From Azolla caroliniana (lineage: Eukaryota > Plantae > Polypodiophyta), in contig JBHGNT010000002.1 in assembly GCA_043228905.1 (NCBI GenBank), positions 26,660,001 to 26,724,000 on the forward strand: 64,000 nt of DNA, read 5' to 3'. Below, piece after piece: positions 36,831-48,580 of this stretch. How positions within the stretch are numbered: the first letter of the stretch is position 1; each line of letters opens with the position of its first letter. The notes under the pieces were generated by a model that saw only the letters and a list, made by a program, of their open reading frames with translations, did no database searches and was not told where the DNA came from. The position numbers and the translations under genes were made by a program.

Positions 36831-37668
36831 GAGGGATGACAGTACTCTCTCAACAGATCTAGATAAAATGCGAGAGTTGGTATCGCGGTATTATGAACAA
36901 TTGTTGTTTGCTGATGAGGTAAGTCAAAATGTATTGGCAATGAGGGGTATAGTTTTCAGTACAACAAAGCCCTATGTTACAGATCAAATGGTTCAAACAC
37001 TTTTATGCCCATTTTCATCTTCTGAGGTTTTACAAGCACTAAAATCTTTGGGTTCCGAGGTTTGCCCAGGAGAGGATGGACTAATAAGAGATGTTTTCGT
37101 ACAGTATTGGAACATTATAACTGATGATTTAACTAGTGGTTTTCAGATAATTTTTTATTCGAGAGCTATGCCAGAGGAATGGAAAGAGGGGTTGATTTGT
37201 CTTATCCCTAAAGTAGATGGAGCTTCAGAGGACATTAGGGCATGGCGGCCGATCACATTACTAAATACAATTTACAAAATTTATGCTAAGGTATTGGCAT
37301 TGCGTTCGCAACCTTTATTGCTTGATATTATTCATACTTCTCAGACAGGTTTCATGCAAGATAGAAGTGATAATATTTTCTGGTTTTGGGAGGTGTCCGC
37401 ATCATCTATGGAAAAGAAAGAGAACTTAGTCATTTTATTGTTAGATTTTGAAAAGGCCTAGGATAGAGTGAATGGGAACTTTTTAGAAGAGGCGATGAGA
37501 AGATTAGGGTTTCCAGAAGCTTGGATTATTGCAGTGTCAGCTTTGTATAGATTAGCTTATAGTTCTGTCTTAGTAGTAGGAGGTTGAGGACGAAGATTTC
37601 AAATGTCATGATCTGTTCACCAAGGGTGTCCATTAGCCCCTTTCTTATTTCTTATTGTTACGGAGGTA

Positions 37669-40600
37669 TGTAGAAAGTAGCGTGCGGAAGCAGGTATGAA
37701 GACAAAACAGAGGAAGGAAACACAGGTTCAATGGAGAGCTTGGACTTACACGGTATACGCGGGAGAGACAGAGAGAGTAGACACAAAACAACTATATTCA
37801 ACAATAATACTCAATCTATGTACATAAGATGTGCTCAGTGAACACTTTTATACAAGTCCTGGAAGGACTGACCGAAGTACTGACAGTACTTCAATGCTCA
37901 TTAAGAGCTCCTACACTAACTCCCAAATATATTCCTTATGGAATATCTTTCCTAACGACCTCCCGGTTTACGCACTCGGCCTAACCGATCGGTCCCAACC
38001 AATCCAGTCCTCAGCTTCTTCAGCCGATCCGGCCGATGTTGAGCTTGTCTCTCAACACTCCCCCTCAAGCTCAACTTGAGGTTCTTCGGGATCTTCACAG
38101 CACCGGTTCCTCTTGGCTTCTCGCCTCGCTCGCGCTCCTCGACCTGTTCGACTCCGTGCGCTTCGACCCTTCCGGTCGGCTTGTATACTCATGCGGCCCT
38201 TATCAGCTCTTCTGCTGTTGCGGTGTCAACGCTTCTCCTGCTGCCTTTTCTTCCGCTTGGGCCTCGGTTGATTCAGCGTATCTGAATCAAACATCCGAAC
38301 CGACTCGGCTACCTCCGATCGGTTTTCGCTCTCGTCCGAGTTGGCTATCTCCAACTCGTCTTCGGTCTTATGGCCCTCGATGGCGTTATCTCCCTCATGC
38401 GTGGTTGGCTTCGGCTCTCTCCTTCGGCTGCTCCCCTTCTGTCCGCTTTCGGACCTTTCCGTGGGTCCGCCCTCGGCTTCTTCAGCCGATCCGAACTCGA
38501 ACTCGACAACCAAGTCTACCGACTCGGACTCGGTGTCACGGTCTCTGCTCCTTTCCTGCTGCCTTGCTTGGTCGTTCGGGATTGTTCTCCCCCTCAAGTT
38601 CGGCACGTCAAGGTGACGCAACCCGAGCACACTTGAGAATTGCTGCAACTTGTCCAAACCAAGAGGCTTGGTGAAGATGTCGGCAGTCTGCCGATCCGTC
38701 GGAACGTACTGAAGTTCGACTTCACCGGAAAGGACGCGCTCACGGACGAAATGGTAGTGCACCTCAATGTGCTTGGTCCGTGCGTGGAAGACGGGGTTCT
38801 TCGCAAGCTGGATGCTGCTGAGGTTGTCGCAGTAGATCGTCGTCGGATCTAACACCTCCTCTTGCAGGTCCTTAAGTAGCCACTTCAACCATATGGCTTC
38901 GCATGTCGCGACAGCCGCTCCTCGGTACTCCGCTTCAGTGCTCGACAGTGCAACTGTCGGCTGCTTCTTACTGCTCCACGCGATCGCAGCACTCCCGAGA
39001 GAGAACGCGTATCCAGACGTGGATCGGCGATCGACGGCGTTGCCAGCCCAATCAGCATCAGTGTAGTCGACTAACTGCGCGGCTGTACCGGTCCGATATA
39101 GCAGTCCCCGGTCCTTAGTGCCACTTACGTACCGCAGTACGCGTTGTGCACACTGAAGGTGCTCCTTGGTAGGTCGCGCCATGAACTGACTGATCACTCC
39201 AACTAGGTAACTAAGGTCGGGTCGGGTGATGGTCAAGTATATGAGGCTTCCGACAATTTGTCGGAACCTCGTCGGGTCGCATACCTTTCCCGTATCGGGA
39301 CGAAGCTTGACGGTTCTGTCCAGAGGAGTCGAGACGGTCTTACAGTCGGCCATCCCGAATTTGAAGAGCATACTCAGCACGTAGTGACGTTGGCTGATCA
39401 ATATGCCTTCGGGGGTACGGATCACTTCGATCCCGAGGAAGTAATGAAGGTCCCCCAGATCCTTCATGTCGAACGATGCCGCAAGTTGGAGCTTCACGCG
39501 GTCGATTTCACCTAGGTCGGCGCCGGTGATGACCAAGTCATCAACATATAGTAAAATACTAACCGGTCCGTGGCGACCTTTCCGGATGAACAGGGAAGAG
39601 TCCGATTTTGACGTGACGAAGCCCATCCAACGCAGTTGTTGCGTGATCTTCGCATTCCAGGCACGCGGGGCTTGCTTCAGTCCGTAAAGGGACTTCTTCA
39701 GTCGGCATACTGCCGAGGAGTTCGTTCCGGAGTGAAATCCGGGGGGCTGTACCATGTACACCTGTTCCTCAAGGTCACCTTGCAGGAACGCATTCTTTAC
39801 ATCCATTTGATGTAAGTGCCACCCCTCGGCCGCGGCTACTGCGAGCAAAACACGGACGGTCGTCATTTTTGCGACCGACGCAAATGTCTCATCGTAGTCG
39901 ATGCCGTGTTTTTGCGCGTAGCCCTTTGCCACTAGTCGAGCCTTGTACCGATTGACCGAGCCATCGGTGTTGTACTTGACTTTGTACACCCACCTACATC
40001 TGATCGGCTTCACACCCTTCGGTGCGTCAACCAGGTCCCAGGTCTCGTTCTCTGCCAATGCGTGCATCTCTTCCTCTATCGCGGCATGCCAATTCGCGTC
40101 TTTAGCCGCTTCTGCGTAGCTCTCCGGCTCACGCACTTCCGCTATACGGGTCATGTACGCATAATGATGCGCCATGTACTCGTTGTATCCGAACCGCACA
40201 ACTGGGTTCTTCTGGCGGGTAGATCGGCGTAATCTCACATTAGCCGATGTCGAGGCCTTCTCGGTCGACGCGGTCTTCATCTTTACAGACTTGTCACCGG
40301 TTCCCTCGGAGTCGGACTCGCGTCGGTTTGACTCGTTCCTTTCCGTGCCGGAATCCGACACCTTCTTCTTCCCTTTCTCTTTGCGAGTAACCCGTCTCCT
40401 CGGCTTCCTGCGTAGGGAATGCACGGCCGAGTCTCCATTACTCGCCGGCTCTTCATCGGACTGGTCGTACCGACTCAGTCGTCCAATCGGTCCACTTAAC
40501 CGGAGTGAAATCGGACTCTCTTCGCGGGTCTCGATTTCGGGCTCATCCGGAGGCATCTCAGCCTCGCTGACCTCATCGTCAGAGATCGGATTGGAGTCAG

Positions 40601-42537
40601 GGTTCCGAGTCGGGGGCACGTACCAGGACGCGGACTCGTCAAACACAACGTCGCGGCTGACACGCGCTTGTTTGGTGCGAGGGTTATAGAATTTATAACC
40701 CTTCTGCTCGTCCGAGTAACCGACCAAGATGCACTTCTCGGCCTTTGCGTCCAGCTTCCTCCTTTTCTCCTTCGGTACATGCACATACGCAATGCTACCG
40801 AACACCCTCAAGTGTCGCAAGTTCGGCTTCGTTCCGAAATATAGCTCGTGCGCCGACACTTTGTCTCTGATCCGGTTATGGATGTATATCGCGGTCCTTA
40901 CCGCCTCGGCCCAGTAGAACTTGGGCAAGCTCTTCTCCTCTAGCCTTGCCCGTGCCGCTTCCACAATCGACCGATTCTTCCTCTCAGCCACGCCGTTCTG
41001 CTCTGGCGTGTATCTACAACTGAATTCGCGCCGAATTCCCATTTGTTGTAGATAACCATTGAATTGACCAGAAAAGTACTCTTTCCCGCCATCCGACCGC
41101 AGGCACTTGATCTTTCGTCCCGTTTCGGTTTCCACGAACCCTTTGAGGTCCTGGAAACAGTCGAAGACTTCGCTCTTCCTCTCAATGAGGTAGATCCGCG
41201 TGTGCCGCGTGTGGTCGTCGATGAAGGAGACGAAATATCGGCTCCCGCCAAGACTAACATTTTGTGCCAGCCCCCACACATCCGAGTGTATAAGGTCGAG
41301 CTTGTTCCGGCTCCGGTTTCGCTCGTTGGGGAAGGGAAGTCAGTGTTGCTTCCCGAGCTGGCAGGCTTCACAAATTTGTGCCTTTCGGCCACTAAATTTG
41401 GGCAAACCGAACACTACCTGTTTCGTTTGTAGATCTTGAAGCCGGTGGTAGTTGACGTGGCCTATCCGCTTGTGCCACAAGTCGATGTCCGACTCGGCTT
41501 TTTGTCCCTTTGTGAACATTGCGGTGCCACCGTTAGTGGAATCGAGGATGAACATCCTTCCGTCTCTGCGCCCTTACGCAATAACACGGCCTTCTTCCTC
41601 AATGAAGCACCCGAGGTGTGTAAACCAAACCTCCATCCCTTGGTCGACGATTTGTCCGACCGAGACCAAGTTCTTCGTGATTGTTGGAACGTGCAGCACG
41701 TTCTTGAGTTTCCCTTTCTGCCCGACATGGCTAAGGGGAACTTCTCCGACATTCACGATCGGATGCGGAGTGTCGTCTCCTGTTGCGACTACTCCCGATT
41801 GTATCGGTTTTTCAAGGTACGAGAACCACTCCTTATGGCTCGTCATGTGGTTTGACGCGCCGGAGTCTACGTACCACACCTCGTCCGATCTCGGGGTACT
41901 CTGTTTCATTGAGTTTGCTTCGTCTCTCGTCACGAAGACAGACCCTTCTCCAGCTCTCCCAGAGTCTTTGGCGTAGTGTGATCGCTGCCGATTTCCCTTG
42001 TCGGTATGTCTAGAGCTGTTTCCAGAACCGGTTCTCTCCAAATCGGCGCGCTTCTTCCAGCACTCGCTTTCCCTGTGGCCTTTCTTGCCATAGTACCAGC
42101 ACTCCGCGATGGCCTTCCCTTGCCGGTTCTCATCGCGCTCTGATACCATGTAGAAAGTAGGGTGCGGAAGCAGGTATGAAGACAGAACAGAGGAAGGAAA
42201 CACAGGTTCAATGGAGAGCTTGGACTTACACGGTATACGCAGGAGAGACAGAGAGAGTAGACACAAAACAACTATATTCAACAATAATACTCAGTCTGTG
42301 TACATAAGACGTGCTCAGTGAACACTTTTATACAAGTCCTGGAAGGACTGACCGAAGTACTGACAATACTTCAATGCTCATTAAGAGCTCCTACACTAAC
42401 TCCCAAATATATTCCTTACGGAATATCTTTCCTAACGACCTCCCGGTTTACGCACTCGGCATAACCGATCGGTCCCAACCGATCCGGTCCTCGGTTTCTT
42501 CAGCCGATCCGGCCGATGTTGAGCTTGTCTCTCAACA
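37669..42537 (-). mobile_element. Ty1/copia element B, two 389-bp LTRs, TSD AGGTA, most of gag missing
   Basis: LTRs 37669-38057 and 42149-42537. PBS TGGTATCAGAGC (42137-42148, tRNA-iMet). PPT 38058-38069. AGGTA on both sides. Confidence 0.95.
38226..42135 (-). pseudogene. Copia knuckle-PR-IN-RT-RH frame with two nonsense codons and an acidic C-terminal extension
   Basis: CWYYGKKGHRESEC, YVDSGAS, WHKRIGH..CEAC, SDGG, YVDD, DADW. ORFs 41574-42284, 41340-41555 and 38226-41279 are co-frame. Confidence 0.92.
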
Positions 42538-45500
42538 AGGTATTTTCCGCATATTTAAATTCAGCAGGTGCTGGGATCCAAGGGCTGGTCGCACCGATCT
42601 CTAACAAGATGATTTTAGATGTGGAATTTGCAGATGATACAACAGTATACATGCATGCTAAAGAAGCTAATTTGTGTAAATCACAGGTTGCATTGGAAAT
42701 ATTGTGTTGCCTCTAGTGCAAAAGTGAATTGGTGTAAATCAATGGGTTTTTGGGTTTCTATGCAGCCATTGCCATCATGGAGACCATCTGAGTCTTTCCG
42801 TTGGATTCAATAAGGAGTTTTAGTTCGTTACTTAGGTTGTTAGGTTGGTATAAATATGCATAAGCAGTGATTGTTAGCTCCTCTAATGTTATCACTTAGG
42901 AAAAAATTGTTGATTTGGGACACTACAGAGTTGTCTTTAGTAGGCAGAGTAATGATAGCTAATCAAGTTCTCCTTTCATCGATGTGCTATATTGCATCTA
43001 CATGTTTGTTCTCTAGATCCTATTTGTTACAGATTCAACAACTAGTTCAAAACTTTATTTGGATAGGACAAAGTCATAATGATGCTCGTGCAAAGCTAGC
43101 TTGGTCGACACTTACGGCGCAATTTTCTGATGGAGGTTAAGGGGTTAAGGGTTGGTAGACCCAGACAGCAAGTGTAAGGCTCTTTTGGCAAAATTTGTTG
43201 TAGGGCTATGTTGCCTGCTCAAGGTATATGGTCAGAGTTGCTTTTAAACCGATTGCTTGATATTACATCGTTTTCAGAGGGGGGGGGGGGTGGTTTGGAA
43301 ACAATCTCTAAGATGGGCATTCTTGTCAAATTTTAAGACGAGACCGATACATGGTCTGATACATGGTTTTATGGTTGCCATTTGTAAAGCATGGGATGTT
43401 GTTAAGTTTTTATTTATTCGTAGATGCCCCTCTTCGAATGAAGAACTGTTGCGGTAACCTTTGATTCAAGGAGTTTTATTTTTTCTCATGAAAGGGGTGT
43501 ATTGCTTAGTAGTAGACCGCGATTACAGTGGGCTAAGTTGGATAATGGTATAATTGCCACGATAGCCTCTTGGGGAAATTATGTTAATCATCTTAATAAT
43601 TCACAGCTAGATGTTACCATGTGTAGGGGTTTTAGACTTATGTTTGATGAAATTCAATTATCTTTAGGGAATTTTCTATCTAATTGGTCACCTTCTTTTG
43701 AGCATGTTTGGTTCGGATATTTTACTCCGATTGGTGTTATGTTAGGAGCAAAAGGAACAACATCTCAAGGAGACTGTTACTATTTTGATGTGTCCGAGGA
43801 AGGAAGATTATGGCAAACTGATGTGGAATTGTCAATTTGGCAAACGACATTGCAACATCCGGTGAGAGTGATTCGTAAATCGGGTAAAAGATAGATTTTA
43901 GATCCTTCTCCTTCTGATAGTATGTCGTTTTGCCAACTATGGGTTTTTTAAAAAAAGTAATTGATGGACTTACTTTGGGATCCATCTGATTATCTTTGGA
44001 AACATGCAAATCCTTCCTCTCATACTAAAATTTTTCAATATTTTGTGAAGTTGGGACGAAAGTTGCTCTTAAGTAGGAAATTGCATTCACCATCCGCTAT
44101 GAAAGTGTGGTTGGCGAATGGGGCCTCTTTAATGGATGCATCTAAATATTGGAAAATCTTGATTTGCGTGTTTTGGAAGGCGCAATGTGCATCAATTCTT
44201 GACAATGTCACTCAGGATGTTTCTACAATAATTGTTAGAGTTATGGTTGTTCTTCATTCAATATGGAAGTTTTACAAGGAATTTTGATGTTATTTTCAAG
44301 AAGCAATTGCAATATTTTTTTCTAGAAAAAAAGATACTACACAAAGTTAAAAAACACCGTAAGGCTATTGTAAAGAATCGATGGTGATTCTTGTGCAACG
44401 GAATAGATATGTGTTATGTGTATGTGTGCGAGGAATTAGAAGAGAGAAGAGAAAACACAAGATAGATAGATAAGAACACAATGAAGTACTCAAGAAGAAG
44501 ATGTATATTCACAAGTAGAATAAGAGATACAAAAATGTAGCATTACAAGGGGTCACAATCGATTTAATATGAAGTGTGAGGAGGGTGCTTTATATATAGT
44601 CACCCTCTCTCTTCATTAACTAACTACGACAACCACTCTCTCTCTTGGGGAATGTGAAGACTCATAGTCATGGGGAATCTGTAACTCATTAGTTATGTGT
44701 CATAGAATATGATTCTGTGACACATAGTTAATGTGTAGAGAGTACTTGTGTGACTCTTGACCTTTGAATAATCATAGATTCTCAAAAGGTGTGTTCACAC
44801 GTTCCACTATGTTGAGCTTGATTCTCAACACGCCCCCTCAAGCTCAACTTGGGTCGGTTCCTTTTGATTGATGTTCGCTTCGGCTGGTATCCAGTTCAGA
44901 CGATCTCCGTTGTCCGCTTCCGCTCGCACCCGGTTCAAACGGTATCCGGTTCTCGCTTATACTCCCCCTCAAGCTTGGCAAGTCAAGGATCGTCAATCCA
45001 AGGTCTGACATAAATTGTCGAAGCTTGTCATCTCCTAAGGCCTTGGTGAAGATGTCAGTCGTCTGAAGATTCGTGTTGATGTGTTGAAGGTCGACATCTC
45101 CGGCCTGTACGCACTCTTGAATGAAGTGGTAATACACTTCGATATGGTTTTTGCATGCGTGGAACACCGGGTTCCGAGCTAGATATATACTGCTCATGTT
45201 GCCGCAGTAAATGGGAGTCAGATCCTTGATGGAGATGCCCAAATCCTTCAAAATCCTCTTGAGCCCCAGATACGGCTTCACATGTAGCTACGGTTGTGCC
45301 CCTGTATTCGGCCTCCGTACTCGAAAGTGTGACGGTAGGCTGCTTCTGACTACTCCAATCCGGGCCTAGGACTCTGCACGCCTTGAGACGTTGTCGTGAA
45401 GAATTTCGGCCATAGGCGAAAACCGGGAAACATTGTCTACATCGGCGGGGTGCAGCGTGTGTACGCACCCATGTACATTTGGTGTGAATATCGAGGGCGC

Positions 45501-45956
45501 CTTTATGGCGCCGAAGAGTAGTCAAGTCGGGACAGACGATCCCATGAAAGTCGGGATTTGTCCCACATTGTAACACATCCCTCTCCTTGTTCTATAAAAG
45601 GGAGGGAACGCCCTTTGTAAAAGGGTTGCCCATTTTGGATTAGAGGGTATACCGGTAGGTTTAGGGTTAGGTTTCTTCTGCTTCTTCTTCTTCCCCTTCG
45701 TGTTCGTTTAGGGTTGGCTGTAGCTTATCTCCTGTGCAAGACCCCGCTCGGCGTGACGAGCCCGAGAGCTCCCCGACGGCGGCTTGACAGCAGACGACTG
45801 TTGTAAACTATCCTGGTCCGGCTTGAAGCCGGTAGTGTATTCTTCTTATATATATATACATATACGTTTGCGTCTGTCCGTGTATATTGGCGTCTTGTTG
45901 GTGTCGGGTGCTCCCCTCCTTCCCTGCGTTTCCTGTACAAGAGGGCGTGTGTGTGC

Positions 45957-45987
<31 letters not shown>

Positions 45988-46194
45988 AGTCGGTGTCAAG
46001 CACGCTCTCTCACTCCCTCTCTCTCTTCGGCTGCTTCCGGTGCGTTTCAGGGGTGCCCCAGAAAACGGTGAAGTGCGACTTCCTACGCTCCGTCGCTCCC
46101 TAGTCCAAGACCCCCGTGGTCCCGCCTTTCTCCACGCACGCGCGTAACAACGCGACATCTTTGGTGAACCCGACGTGAAAGGCGGCAAGGGAGG

Positions 46195-47634
46195 ATGGAG
46201 TCGGAAGACGACAACCTTGCGGAGATGGTGGCCGAAGTGGTGTTGGAGTCGGCACGAGTGGTGATGAGGCGAGAAGCAGCACAACAAGCGGTTGGGCGAG
46301 TGGTCGAAAGAGTCGGCCGTTTCAACAGGGACAAAGTCCCATCTTACTTGGAAGCCTACAACGCGGAAATGGAAGAGCGTGGCGTAGACGAGGCGTTGAG
46401 GCTGGAGTTCTTCTACCGGGTCGTAGCTGTCCGGAAGCATGCGGAAGTAATGGAGCTCCGTGAGGCTCATGGGTCGTGGGAGGCCTTCGAAGAGGCGCTC
46501 CTGAAGGCATACGGAGGACGACGGAAGAGCCGGGGACGACACCACTTCGACCAGTGGGTAGCATCGGCAAAGACCCACCGGAGTGCGACGAAGGCGTTCC
46601 GGGAGTTTGAGCGACGACTTGCTCGGCTCCCAGAGCGGGAACAAGGTTTGGTGGGGGTAGACAAAGTCCTTTTGTTCGTCAGGTCGATCGACCGAGCGGA
46701 ACGGGAAGCCATCGGGATTGAGCTCGAAGACGATGATGGAGCAAATGGGCTTACGGAGGACTAGGCGAAGGTCGGAAGGGTGTGCCAACGGCTAGACAAC
46801 GAGCGAGCCGAGAAGGCTAAGAGGAAGGTACGCGACGGCGTGCCATCACAGCGGGAAGAGGCCGAACGGCAGAGAGAGTCGGCAAGGGTCGGCGTTGGGG
46901 CCAAGATTGCGGAGGCTTACGCAGCTCTCAAAGCGATGCTCGAGGAAGAGGGAGGATCGAGGCCGGAAGTCGAGACCGAGGAGACAGACTTGCCCCACGC
47001 GACGGCGGAAGATCGGTACGACGGTACCACGGGAGAGGGTGCGGAACAAAATGCCCTCTCGACTTGCGGAGATAGAACGGCCAAGGACGAGGCCGAGATA
47101 CAGATCGCGGAACCGGAACGTTGGGACCAGCGGTTTCGGGCGTGTCAGCCCGAGATCCCGGCCATTGGAGAAGCAAGCCCAGACGGGGCTTGCGCGATCG
47201 GTAAGAAGACGACCGCCGACCACGAAGAGTCGGTGGCTACGGACAAGGGCGCAAAACGAACGGGTGATTCTTTGTGTCTTCCCACACTTGCTCCCGAGGC
47301 GATGGCAATCGGGCCCGAGTGCCCACGTGAGTCCCAAGCGGAGGAAGGCGGTGGCGAAAGGGCGAGAATCACCGGCGAGACGATACGGGGAAGGAGCGGA
47401 CGAAAGCCCATGGACCCGATTCCGGAGAACTCGGCAATTGGGCCCGTATGCCCATGTGAGACCGAGGAGATGGATGGCGGTACCGAGGAGTCCTGGCACG
47501 ATGCCAGCGAAGAAGGATGGGAAACGGCCTGCGAGGAGGCCGAGGACGGACACGACACGAGGGGATCAGCATTCCGATACGGGTGGAGCGTGATCCGGTC
47601 GTGGATCGTTCGATCGGGGCCGGACTCGGCATAA
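46195..47634 (+). pseudogene. Gag-like ORF of element D with one in-frame TAG and an acidic low-complexity tail
   Basis: ORFs 46195-46764 and 46780-47634 are co-frame. GRFNRDKVPSYLEAYNAEM and KVLLFVRSID align with element E GRFDGKDATSYLVVYRAEM and RVLLFVKSVD. Confidence 0.78.
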
Positions 47635-48029
47635 AGGTGCCGATACGGGAGAGGGTGCGGGACGAGCCGCCCTCTTTTACATGGGGAGAAAGACCGACCG
47701 AGCGAAGGTCGAGGTTTGGAAAGAGAATGAAAGCCGGTCCTATGGGATTCCTTACACTGATACGGCTGCAGGCCCGAGTGCCGGCGTGAGTCCTATAAGA
47801 GAGATCGGTAACGGTAGGAGAACGGGACTCAGCAATCCGGAGAAGGACGAACGGACCTGGACGAGAACTGGGCGGAGCGGACTCCCGGATGACCATTCCG
47901 GGAGGGAGGAAGAGAGCAGGCCTACGAAGAGGCCGAGGCCACGGTACGTCGGTACCATGGGAGAGGGTGCGAAACAAAACGCCCTCTCGGCAATGCGGAA
48001 AAGGACGACCCGGGATAGGGTCAAGATGG

Positions 48030-48580
48030 CGACGAAGGCCTACGAAGGATACTTCACACCGGTTCTAGAAACTTCGGCAGTCGGCAACGCGGTCGACGTA
48101 AGACCAAGATACTGACAGTGGCGGCGAGGTGACGAAGGCAAGGGCTACGGATGGGCGGTCTACGGAGGATCCTTCACAGCGGATCTAGAGACTTCGGCAG
48201 TCGGCAACGCGGTCGACGTAAGACCAAGATACTCACGGTGGCGGCGAGGTGACGAAGGCTATGGGCGTAAGGAAGTCCGGTCCTACGGGATCCCCACACT
48301 TAACCAGAGACTCCGGCAGTTCGGCCAACGTGGCAACATGAGACCGAGAGAGAAGGTTGGTGGCGGCGGGAAACGGGACCCGGCTACGCGGAAGACACGA
48401 GGAGAGTCCGGGAGCGACTCAAACAAAAGACACCCGAGTTTCAGCAAGCATAAAAACGGAGTCCGGTCCTATGGGACCCTCACACTGATCCGGAGACTCC
48501 GGCAGTTCGGCCAACGTGGCAACGTGAGACCGAGGGAGAAGGACGGTAGCGGCAGGGAACGGGACCCGACGACACGAAGT
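48030..48580 (+). repeat. Internal duplications in element D (about 119 bp twice; about 187 bp twice)
   Basis: ACTTCGGCAGTCGGCAACGCGGTCGACGTAAGACCAAGATACT twice; GAGACTCCGGCAGTTCGGCCAACGTGGCAAC twice. Confidence 0.8.

Larger units (their letters stand above)
32600..44340 (+). mobile_element. L1-type LINE (copy 3), near full length and decayed, interrupted by two solo LTRs and copia B
   Basis: ORF1 from ATG 32729 (DUF4283-like, CYRCKELGHIAKAC) to TGA 34760. ORF2 starts MDSLTLLSWNVQGLG at 34762, then DFN, SRID, CPGEDG, WRPITLLN, DFEKA, QGCPLAP (37621) and FADD (42628), resuming after each insertion. Confidence 0.88.
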
